From: Lingula anatina
Lineage: Eukaryota; Animalia; Brachiopoda
Reading direction: 5' to 3'
Assembly (NCBI GenBank): GCA_051362555.1
Contig: CM120642.1
Location: 29,388,001 to 29,452,000, forward strand
Length of the DNA stretch: 64,000 bases
Both the position numbers and the translations under genes were made by a program. Below are positions 52,513 to 64,000 of the stretch, piece by piece; the stretch's first letter is position 1; the number at the start of each line of letters is the position of its first letter. Under the pieces are notes generated by a model. That model was not told the DNA's origin. It did not search any database and saw only the letters and a list, made by a program, of their open reading frames with translations.

Positions 52513-53032
52513 CATATGTAATGTTATTGTAACAATTAAAAAACTTAAGTCTTAGATCATCATAATCATACACAGACAGCAGAGTGCTACAATGTATGTC
52601 ATATCTCGTTCAAAAAGCGTGGCTTGTGCGACAAAATACGTTTGAGAGTTCCGGTCCCAAAAGCTATACATTGTAGTTCATCAATGCGATGAGGCAGAAA
52701 AAATTTGTCATTTCCCTTTTACGAGATACAACTTAATGTATATACCGACTTTTCAATCTCATGATAAAGAGGGAAATACTGTTGTACATGTACAGGGATT
52801 TTTGAAATTTGTCTCTTTGAGATTACATTTGCACAGTATCTAACGTAATATCAAATTAATGTTTTTACACATCTTGTTTAAAGGTGGTAGGAATCAAAAA
52901 CGGAAAAATTTGCACGTTCTTTCCCTTTCATGTTTGAACATGAGTAACAAGTTCACAATTGTAAGAATCAAATATTGTAATTGTCGCATAACAGCTTCAT
53001 AAAGTTATTTTGCCACTTGATCTAGTTCCTTA

Positions 53033-54907
53033 TCACCAGGAATACAGGTTATTATGTGCACGATATTTGAGCGCTTCTTCGGCTTTATTTGGCTTGGGTT
53101 TGGGTTTGACTGGTAGAACGCGGCTAAAATAAGATATCAAATTAGTTATATTAAATCACAATTTTCTTGCAATGAATCAAAAGTTAAATATATTTTTTTC
53201 TACATGTACTCGGGCAGATCTTAAAGTAACAGTTCAGTAAAAGGTAAATTGTAAACAAAAAATAATTATTACCATGAACATTTTTACCTCTTCTTAGATC
53301 TGTTATAACTACTGTACATACAGTATTATGATAATAATAAAAACAACACAAGCAGCAGGAAAACACGTCATACTCACTTCTTTTTCTTTTGTTTCTTTCT
53401 TAGGACATATATAAGCGGCGGCACTGGGCACAGACCTAGTAGACCAAGTAATCCCAGCATTCCAAAGGGAAAACTTCGGGAAACGTACTGGTAAACTATT
53501 GTAAACGGTCTCTCCCGCACTCCTGTAGAGATTGAATCTACCGTTGTGACAGGAGTTCTCACGGTGTTGTTGGAGCTAGTAAATGCGGTAGAGGTACTCA
53601 ATATTGTACGGACACTACTCGGCGTTGTCTTTGCACGTGTCGTCGCTCCTGTCGTTGTGCGACTCGATGTCCTCTTTGTGGCTGTTGTTGTAAGCGTTGT
53701 TTTTGCTTTTGTTGGCGATGTTGTGGCTGGCGTAATTGTTGTTGTAGTTATTCTGGTTAAAGTTGTTGATAGCAATGGTGAAGTTGGCTTAGTAGTAGTA
53801 ACCGTTGTTGCTTTGGCTAGAGTTGTTGATGGCGTTGTTGAAGTTGCAGTAGCTGTTGCTGTTTTGGTTATAGTTGTTGATGGTGATGTTGTCATTGTTG
53901 TTGAAACTGTTGTGGTAGTTGGTACTGTCGTAGAGGTAAATATTGCTAAAATCACAAAAGTAAATTTAAAATCACTGAATGCTGTAAAATATATCAAAAC
54001 CATCCACAGACTTATCATTAAAAGAAGGTTTAACTTTCAAAATAGAAGTTATTACTAATTCATTCTTGAAAGAAACAAAATGGAAATAGACCTAACAGAG
54101 AAGATGCTAAGAACTGGTTAATTTGTTTTACCCGTCTGACAGTTGGTTCCTTTGTATCCCGGAGGACAGGCACAGATGTACTTGTTATAAAGATTGTTAC
54201 AACTGCCGCCGTTTTTACACGGACTGCTAGAACATTCATCAGCGTCTACAAGCAAAGTTTCCAGATAATAATGAATACATTTTATTCAAAAGTTTTTCGT
54301 TACAATTTGGTAATCCACAAACAAAAGAGAAAAACACTACTCTTTGCGTAAGAAAAAAATAAAGGCATTCACGATATTTAAATATGTATAATAATAATAA
54401 GGATAATTTGTAAGACTATTTGTTTACAATATCTAAGCATTTCCTTACCGTTGGCTTGCAGCTTTATACACACTGACTCACTGGGGCGTCTGAAACACAT
54501 GGTCCCTACCATTATTACATGTATTTTTCCGTTCACCCAAACAAAACTTTATTTCATTTATTCAGCCAGAGGAACAAGGTATGATAATGAGGAATTTTCA
54601 AATTGAACTACATCTGTAAATGACAAGTTTTCTAAAATGGAAAACGCTGTCTGGTGCTTGCTTTGTAATAATATTCTTTAACATGTGCTTTGTTTCAAAC
54701 AGATGTCCGCTATCGTATGAAATAACATCACCTACTGAGAAATATCAACAGCTTCACAACAGAGAATATTCACACTCGTCTGCGAGCTTTGTGGCGTCCA
54801 TGTTATGTTCATGTATTTTACTCCTGGTCGTCCATTATCATCTGCTGCAAGTGTGCCTTTAACCATTCCTGCCGGAGCAACCAGGTTGACAGCCGTTACT
54901 CTAAACA

Positions 54908-54986
<79 letters not shown>

Positions 54987-55014
54987 AATAATAATAATAA
55001 TACTACTACTACTA

Positions 55015-55049
<35 letters not shown>

Positions 55050-57892
55050 AAAATAAACGTCTAGTAACACTCAATGAACAAAATTAAGATATTTGAGTCA
55101 GAATTTGTCAAGTTCCTAGATTAACGAATAGTTTTAACTATTAAAATGTAAATTGTAAAATAAAGACTATTGCGCCAAAGAAGACATGCATAGTCAAAAC
55201 ATTAGGCTTCCTATTTACGTAAGTGTTAAATAAGAACAAGAGGGTATTACGTCTTTTAAAATTTAAGCAACACTTCGACAATTTACTATCATTAGTAGGG
55301 AGTTTATCGCAAGGTATTTGACAACAGACAATCAAACATCAAATGAAGTTACAATGTATCCCATCGAGACGTGCAGTTGTAATGATCCCAACTTACGGAG
55401 AGATTGTGTCCCCCGCCTTGACGTAGACCTTCCCGTAGAAGGTCCCACCAGGTGGAATGGCCACCGTGGTATTTGTCGGGGCACCACACTGCAGGACCTC
55501 TGGCGGTGACGTACTGTTACCAAAATCAGGTGTGGTAAGGAGGAACTAGAAGAAGTAGAATTTGGATTCACATTATTTTTTTTGGTTACATTTCTCAGCA
55601 CCTACTGCACATGGTTTATGGGAATAATTAGATCGGTGTCTGTCGCGTGGTTGGGGTTTGGGGGAACGAATATTATTGAACCATCCACGTCGCGTCGTCC
55701 TTAATGCCCGTTGTGGTCGGTCATTCTGGGTAAACCCACTTATACATAATTAATTAAGCTTGACTTATTTTCACACTAACAGCCAAGAATATGCAAAGTA
55801 GGCCTTCTTAAGGACAATAGTCGATATCAGTCATACCGTAATGGGATCATTTTACCTGCAACGGTATTGAACTCAGCGCGTCTTGGGTAGTTTTCACCAC
55901 GCCACCTTGTGTGATATTCTGAAGGGGAAAATCTTCAATGGTGAGGGCCACAGCGTACCAGCCGTTGACGACATAGCCATTGTTATTGGAGATCTTGGGA
56001 ATCTCCAGTGTACAGGTGGTCTAGAAGGAAAATTGGGCACAAAAATATATAAGTATAAATAATGAAATAAATATAACAAAATATTTCAACTGGCCCAATA
56101 TTGAGTGTCAACCCAGTGGTAATCTATGGATCTCTTGTACAAATGTGCGTGCAACTGAAATAAAAATTAATGATTGGAATACAAAGGATATGGCGACTTA
56201 TTTAATAAAATACATACGGTATGAACAAAAGTATCCACATTAATTCTGAGATACTGAACTGCTAAGCAAAAGAATTGACCACGTTCCACATACCGGTAGT
56301 TTGTCATGTAATTGTTGAAAAATGAAAGGTAAACTAAAATGCTTGGCAAAGGAAAATGTCAAAACGGGTATGTTTAACTAAATCGTTACTTAACCTCATC
56401 CAAAGTGGCGTTTGGCAGTATATTGCAGACGCTGGCACACTCGTCTGTTCCTTTGGCCCACCGACACCTCGCCCGGTCACCATCCGGATCAGTGGCAAGA
56501 AGCCTCAGGCGGAATTTGCTTCCGAAATCGGCCCTTAGTTAAAACAATTGGCAAGAATATATAATATTGTGTAGATTATAGGCAAATATGAGATTGCCAT
56601 AAGATGAAATAATTTCAGATTTTTAACATTTCACTTTTATTAAAACCATTACAGATGTTCATAATGAGCTTCAATCCGTACTCTCTTTGAGGCTCGTTTA
56701 TACTTTTTGTAGATCCGTAATCCTCGAACGTACGCCGTTTATAATAGTTGAAACACCGGCGTTGGAAGTGCCTTATTTAGCAGGTTGGGTGTAGGAATGT
56801 TATCCTTGGTGCTCTGAGGCTAAGAGGGAACATGTGTCCCCAGCTAGGGTACAGTCAACATACCACAGCTGAGTTTCGATCATCAATGGATATACTAATA
56901 TTTGATATTTTTCTTTCTTTTTTGCACAGGCTGTTTCAAATTGTGAGCCAAATTGAAATCTCGGATGAGATATGCATAAATGGCATACAAAACCCTGAAA
57001 GTTACGAGAAAACGGTTGTACCAACCTGTATATGCCTTTGCTGACAATAACAGGACTACTGTTGGGTAATTTTGTGTCACTTCTGTTACCCAAATTGACG
57101 ACTGTTTGCAACCTCCACTTGTTACCTGTGCCGTAACTCAGTGTACGCCATGAACTACCCGTAAATCTGGAATAGGCAAGACCTAGGAGACGTTAAGAGT
57201 CTTTATCAAAAAGTTAATGAATCATTAACTAAGTCATGTTATTAAGTGTTGTCTTTATGTTGGCATATTTTCAATATTTTCCATTTTGGATTTGCTTTTA
57301 AAGTCCCTCGAGGAAAGGCATGCTAATATGTCAGTTTTCAATGCCCTCCGAAATTCAGGGTGAATTCTGGCCTGGAAGGTAATTACTTTTTAAAGATCCC
57401 ACCACTCACCCAACAACATATTTTCCCTGGTCCTTAAAGGTGTACAAAAACCTATTTTCTCCTTGCTCCCAATCTTCTTTCTGATTAACCTCCGTCAGGA
57501 TGTAATTGTGAGGTGCAACCGTAGTTGGACTGCTACCACACCCATCTAGACACTGCCAACTCCCGCTGGGTACCGTGCCATTACGACCTATGTTGGCGGC
57601 GCTGCAAGACGAGCCACACGGTCCTCTGCCAAATGTCCATGTTGATTGCCACTGGAAGTCTACCTGTTACGTAATTACATTTATAAATTACCGTTTTCTT
57701 CAACAAAGAGAAAGGGTTTTTCAGTAAGTTACGAGATCCTTATTCTACTAGAGAAAATCAGAGACACGTTAGTACGTTTTTCGTTTTTATTTTCATTTAT
57801 TTTTCATTTGGAATATTCTAATCAGCTACTTCTACCGCTCGTATACATTATTTTCTGTCATTGAAAAATTAAATAAATAAATAATTAGACTA

Positions 57893-57941
<49 letters not shown>

Positions 57942-58304
57942 TCACCGTGGTGATGTCTGTGGGGGAGGTTTTCCAACTAATGGTGGATCCACAGAAGTGG
58001 GCCCCTAGGTTTGATTTAAAACGTTTTTTTTTTTTTGTCAGCAAAGGTGAATAATTTGGTTAAAATAAATCATGATCAAAAGCAAAGAAATGAAACTACA
58101 TGTACATCATCAAAATCTGCATTAAGTATGAAGTAAAATATTTTAGCATTATCACTGAAGAGGTGAACTAATCGTTAGTGCTATTCACATAATGAAAACT
58201 TCACATCCTGCCGGTGGCAACTCACCTTGCGTTAAATCGACTAGGATGAGGATGATAAAGGTCTTAATCACAAGAGAAGAGGTTGCGTCCCAGCGCATCT
58301 GCAT
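53033..58304 (-). CDS. Paralogue C: Sib/integrin-beta-like module + 1 EGF + Thr-rich mucin stalk + TM + short basic tail (~654 aa)
   Basis: Exons 58226-58304 (signal), 57946-58004 ([11 protein letters not shown]), 57410-57663, 57026-57166, 56395-56533, 55856-56020, 55397-55545, 54736-54900, 54449-54489, EGF 54132-54245, mucin+TM 53378-53945 ([25 protein letters not shown]), tail 53033-53123 ([29 protein letters not shown]). Confidence 0.85.
54908..55048. repeat. Compound self-complementary (AAT)n/(ATT)n microsatellite
   Basis: Alternating AAT, ATT, AAT, ACT and ATT tracts directly beside the splice acceptor at 54901-54902. Confidence 0.95.
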
Positions 58305-59846
58305 TTCGTGACGGTTGTTATTGACCTATATCAATACAAACCGACATGATTTACCGTGTGATTTTTTTTTGCAACTTGGGTCTTTGTGTGACTATACGTA
58401 AACAGTTTTCCTCCAGAACATGACAGTCAGAATTTCTGTTCCTGATTAAGTTTGAGAACAGAATGTCGCTGTGAATACTTAATTTTGTCAAACTATGAAT
58501 AAACAACTACAAAACGTTAAAGAAAGCGTCCATAAATTGGCATCAATTTATTGAAAAAAAAAACTATCCTTACCTTGCAGTTACCTCAAGGAAATGAAGG
58601 AAACAAATTTATCTTCCTTTCCATGGCTTTGTAAAACTAAAATAAATGGCGATGAAGGTCTCAACAAGACAGTTTCGCCGTCAAAATGCTTTTGACATTA
58701 ATTATATGTCCGCAAAACTAATCAATCTCCTCTATTCGTGGGAACAAATATCGTGGACGAATGGGCGTTGAAAGAGACTTCAAGATAAAGGAATCTGACC
58801 ATTACGTGAAAGTATTTGCGAAGACGATCACAAGTTGGTGACAGAGGCTTAAATCGGCCGATAATGCTCACTGTTAGCCTATCACGTTGCGTTTTGACAG
58901 CGGATTTAAGACGCTCGCATACCTTTGACTAGGAATTTTTAGGTGGAAATACAGAATTCAATATAAAAGCAGAAATGCAGTTGCACCATCACTTTTATTT
59001 TGATGTGTTATTCCTAACAAAGTGTTTGTTCATATGGAGTTGGACAATTGAATTGAAAAGGATAATATTTGAAAATGAAAAAAAAAAAAAAAACACACAC
59101 ACACACACACTAAAATACATGACAGTGATATAAAATTAACTTCTTTCGCTCCTGTCTGTAATTACGTGCACGTGCGTGTGTGTGTGTGTGTGTGTGTTTG
59201 CGCTTATTATAATATAAGGGTTGTTCGAAAAGCTTTATACCCCAAGTGCACTTCAAACGTGTAATGAAGTCGATGTATACCATGCTAAGCAGTATGTGTT
59301 TACAGTAATGTGTACCCTGTCAGGCTGTTATCACAAGCACCAGTTACAGTAAACTTTAGGATTAAGTGATACAAATGATTTGACATTAAGCGGTTATTTA
59401 TCTCCGGTAGCTAAGATATAAGGCGCGATTGCCGTCATTTGAAACGTGCACGACGACTTAATGCCTAACTTTGTCAGCAGAATATTTCCAGTATAAATAA
59501 TAAGTTTTCGCGTTGAAGTCAATATGCAAATATCATAAAAACACAAAATTTACCAGATTACATAACATTTACCGTCTTCATATCAAATTAAATCCAAAAC
59601 TTATTTCATATCTGGGAATTAAATGTACACCGAACTTATTGTAAATGTTTTAAACATTATAACAAATAGACATTGTTTTGAAAATTAAAGTTGTACCATG
59701 ACTAAATGAAAATGTCATATCGCTGGAACTGCGACAGAATTTAGTCAGAGCTCCAGTATTCCTACAGCCATATTGTTCTTGCTAGTTTGGCATGTTCCAA
59801 ATGTGACCGTTATTACCCACACTCTCAGCATCCATCCACATATATT

Positions 59847-62800
59847 TCAATCATTGAGAGCTAGCTCAACTTCTTCCCTGCCTGTCTCTTGTGCGGAATT
59901 TTGATGTGCCTTATATGAATTGAACGGTGCAGGTTTCCGACGTCTGAAAAAAGTATATATCGTATAACGGATCTAAACTTCTTCGTGGAGTATGTCTATC
60001 AGTTTAATATAGTGGCACTGCCATGTAAACCTATTCTTAGGATTATCAAAATGGGCACATACATTCTTTTTTTTTCATTCCGTATACATTTTAATACTCC
60101 ACTTCCAGTAAGCAGCTTTCCAGAGGGCATGAATATCGCTAAATCATAAGACCAATGGTAATTAACGAATAACAAATTCAATTGAAGTGAATTTGCTTTT
60201 TATCACAAGACAAAGATTTCCAAAACGTACCCGCGTTTCCCACTCACAATGCACCAAATACAAGCTGGAACAAGTAAAAGTAACAGTAAGCTCAGCCAGC
60301 TTAGTTCCTTATCTGATGAGAGCGTGGGTTTGCCGGTCTCGTTGTACACTGAAAACGAACGTTATAAACAAATCATTCTACATGTAGGACGCGTATTGAA
60401 ATATACATGCACTGTTATAATAAGTAAAATAATAATTATAGTGCATTCTTTCGTTGTGCTGAAACGACCCTGAACCACAATTCTTGAATTATTCACATGC
60501 TTTGGCACTAGAAATGAAACAATTTGTACAATGTTCAATAGTTAGGTTTATGGCCATTTATCAATGACATTTCGCGCGCTAACTTTTAAGTATTGTTTGC
60601 TAGTTTCTTAATCTAAAAAATTGAGTATCTATCCAGCTTACATATATCAGAATTTTTTGTCTGTGTTCTGTGATACGTGGAATTCTTGTCTGCCGATGGT
60701 CTGATGTCTGTAATATTCTTCACACACGGTGATGTACCACACCATTCTAATTGTTAGAAAACATAACCACTTATTATTGTCATAGGGGGAAATTTGTAAA
60801 GATATGTAAAAAAAAAGGGTGAGCAAAATGGCTGGTCGCATCTCTGCGTTCACCATAAGTTTTGCCCTAGTATTTTTACTGTACTGCAAACCATTTAAAG
60901 TGTAGAAAGAAGTCACATGTCAAATCACCTAAATATTAGACTGAGGGCACCTATAGGCAAATTAATAAAAAAAAGTTTTACTGAAGGAAGAATACTCTAG
61001 CATACATCGAATCATACATTTCGTAATCCATTTTGTATTCGTGGACGGATTAATTGAAGGTACAGGACAGGACCAAGATTTACTCTCGGAAGGTAGTTTT
61101 GAAAGCTATCGTGAAGGCGACCAGAGATGGCATACCTATCTCGCAGTTGACGCCGGTAAAGCCCACCAAACACGTGCAGGTATACCCGAGGTACATATTG
61201 CTGCACTTACCACCATTCCAACATGGGTTGCTGGAACATTCGTCAATATCTGAAAACAAGGTTGAACTTTATTTATCTATTCCTCTTTAAGCCGCAGTAA
61301 ATTTTAAAAATAAGCAGACGCACTGGTAGTCAGCACCTCGAAAATATGAAAAGGAGTTGTATTGAAAGCCTATCTGTTGAAGAAGGTAAAAATACATGAA
61401 TCAAAACGTTGAGATTTAGAACATTGGCATAACGTATTCTGAAGGACAGATTTTAAGGTACTCGTTGCTAGGGAACTAGGGGCATCTGTAAAACTCTTAC
61501 CATTTGCTCGCAACTTGATGCATTCATATTGACTGGGCATCCTATAAAAGGAACTTTCTGACATTGAACCAAGTTTAAACATTATTTAAACCCAAGTTCA
61601 ACTTTTTAGTGACATGATCATATCATTATTTAATACTACAATATCATTACTGAGAATCCGTAGAAAATCCGTTAACGGTATTTTTTTAGTCAAATATAAA
61701 TAAACATCCTAGTGACCATACTTAGTACATACGTTCTCTCGTCTACGGCCTCACAACACAGTACGCTCTCTCCGACTTGGCCGGACCTGGCGTCCATTCT
61801 ATATCGACGTACTTGGAACCCGGTATCCCAGTGCTGTCGTCCCGAAGAACGCTTTTCCTCGTTCCGGCAGGAGACACGACGTGTATGGCATTTATTCTGA
61901 AACAACTCATTTATAAATATGCACGTTTACATTCAAGTTTTTTTAGACAGACTTTTTGGTATGCGACTTTACAGGTCGTCTGATTTGTGAGCTAAGTGTG
62001 GTACTTCTGATCTTTCACCAACTGCTATTTAACCAAATGGACACGGTGCTCTAGAAACGTTGGAAAACGCAAAGAATACAACTGTCGTCTATTGTGATCT
62101 AATTTAAATCAGATAGCCCGGAGTAAAAGTGTCGAGATCGGTCTACTCAACTCTCGTGTGCAAGCGCCTTTTGATACTGCTGAAATGTACATTTTTTTTT
62201 CCACTGACCGACTTAAAATACTTGTTGATCTAACAGGCCAAAACACTACGTCTATTCGTTTATCTGGCCAATAGTAGGCGCTTCTCAACCTTCGAACATT
62301 GACTGATTCGGTGAAAATTAATAAGCTATCGAACTACCCTTTGTTTTCTTCATCCGAAAATTTAATACACAATACTATCTACAGTTGTACACTGAACATA
62401 TTCAATACCAGCTGCTATCAATGAATATTGGTGTATGTATTCTTACGGTGCTGCTGCCTGTCCTGGTATGGCATGTACACGACCTCTGAAGGTGCCCCCT
62501 GGCGGTATAGGCACAGTGGCGCCGTCTGTAGTTTGTCCACACTGGGTTATCCTGGGTGGGGTGGCACCGTATGCAATGGGCGGTGTTTGGATTAGAAACT
62601 GAAATAAAAAAGGTTATGTGAAATATGTCAACACTGTACATGTACGTTTAAATTGCATAAATTGTGATACACATGTAGAACCCTTTCTGATGATGGTCTA
62701 ATTTTTCATCAAAAATATAAGGAAAACTGAAAATTCCAATTTCAACTACTGGACAATCTAACGTATTTAAATAATGTAACGTATCTAACGTGGACAATCT

Positions 62801-64000
62801 AATTAAGATTCTCAGGATTATGTGCAAGGTGCATTGAAAACGCATCAACCACTTCCGTCCCCGTACCTGTAGGGGAACAGCGCTAAGTGGGTCGTTAACT
62901 GTTTTGATCGTCCCACCTTGGGTGATGTTACGCCGAGGAAAATCTTCCACGGTTAAGGCAACCGCGTACCAGCCAAACTCGTAGTATCTCAGACGACGAA
63001 TGACCTGTGGTATAGTTAGGATACAGCGCTCCTATGGAAAATAGACGTTTTTTATTTGCAGTTTGCACATAAAAGATTTCTTATAAAAAGATTACTAAAA
63101 GATAGAATCAAAATTAAAAAGATTTAAAAGTATATAAATGTAATGGAAGGCGTCCTTAAAAGGTGAAATATTCGGCCAAAAACAATGTGATAAGCCTGAA
63201 GAAACTTAAAAGCACCTCGTCCAGTCTAGCGTTAGGAAGAAGACGACAAACGCTGGCACATTCATCTGCTCCCTCGGCCCATCTGCATCTCACGTGATCG
63301 CCATCTGGGTCTGCTACTCCCAGTTTCAGGACAAATCTGCCCCCGTAATTAGCTCTGAAAAAATGGTTGGTTTCTTGATTAATAATATAGATAAACAGGA
63401 ATGGAAACAATAAAACTCCACTACGACCAAAAGCCATACACTTGTGCTTGATACAAGCATTCCATTGTTTAACCGTCTACGTCACATAATAATGCCCACA
63501 TCATCCTATTGCCTAAAAGGGGTTGATTTAGGACCTGAAATCTCGCAATAATTTAACCCCCTTACCTATATATACCTTTGCTTGCAATAACCGGGCTGTT
63601 GTTTGGGCGCCGTGTGTCACTGCGGGTGCCCAAGATAACCTCAGTCTGTATCCGCCAGATGTCATTACCTCCACCATATGATAAACTCCGCCAGTTACCG
63701 CCTGTGAAACTGTGACATTGTGTTAGAGAAGATATGTGCTGTTATGCTGATCGTCTTATCTAATACAATATGTTTAGTTTTGTCATGCTATTGACAATTT
63801 GAGACCCAGAATGTAAAAGGTGATACGATGTAATCCTTTATCACGTTTATAACGTTCAACATAGTACATGCAGAAAAACCCATATACATACCCTATAATG
63901 TAATTTCCCTGAGCAGGAAAAGTATAGCTAAAACTATTGGCCCCTTGTTCCCATCCCTCACTTTCACTGACATCCGTTACAATATACGAGTCTGGCACTA
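59847..64000 (-). CDS. Paralogue D (5' part outside window): Sib/integrin-beta-like module + 1 EGF + short stalk + TM + tail; apparent 1-bp frameshift
   Basis: Exons 63892-64000 (partial), 63566-63709, 63216-63354, 62867-63031, 62447-62598, 61733-61896 (164 bp vs 165 in C), 61501-61541, EGF 61136-61249, TM 60231-60348 ([22 protein letters not shown]), tail 59847-59943 ([31 protein letters not shown]). Confidence 0.78.

Noticed and set aside
53546-54058. 170-aa Val-rich plus-strand ORF
   Set aside because: Antisense shadow of the Thr-rich mucin exon of paralogue C.
60647-60916. 89-aa hydrophobic ORF as TM exon of paralogue D
   Set aside because: No similarity to the other paralogues; a better phase-consistent TM exon exists at 60231-60348.

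Overview
AT-rich, intron-rich animal DNA, probably a marine invertebrate (species not identifiable from this window). It holds (1) a two-exon Hand bHLH gene on the minus strand (10519-9998 and 1521-1417, 8.5-kb intron). (2) A tandem array of at least four minus-strand paralogues (A 33361-14029, B 43597-36190, C 58304-53033, D >64000-59847) encodes type I membrane proteins. They share a ~370-aa Cys-containing N-terminal module (HFCGSTISW...DPDGD.RCRWA...YAVALT.EDFP...PLQF; resembles the Dictyostelium Sib / 'integrin beta-like' family) but differ in stalk (12, 2, 1+mucin, or 1 EGF) and cytoplasmic tail. (3) A three-exon NNMT/PNMT/INMT-family methyltransferase sits on the plus strand inside the array. 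(4) Mobile elements include an ISL2EU-like element with an AT target duplication that splits an EGF exon, a decayed Tc1, a Helentron/HINE-like element carrying a 146-bp satellite, two MITEs and a minimal Penelope-type hammerhead. Exon structures were reconstructed by hand from GT-AG boundaries and phase continuity. Family names rest on motif recognition, not database searches.
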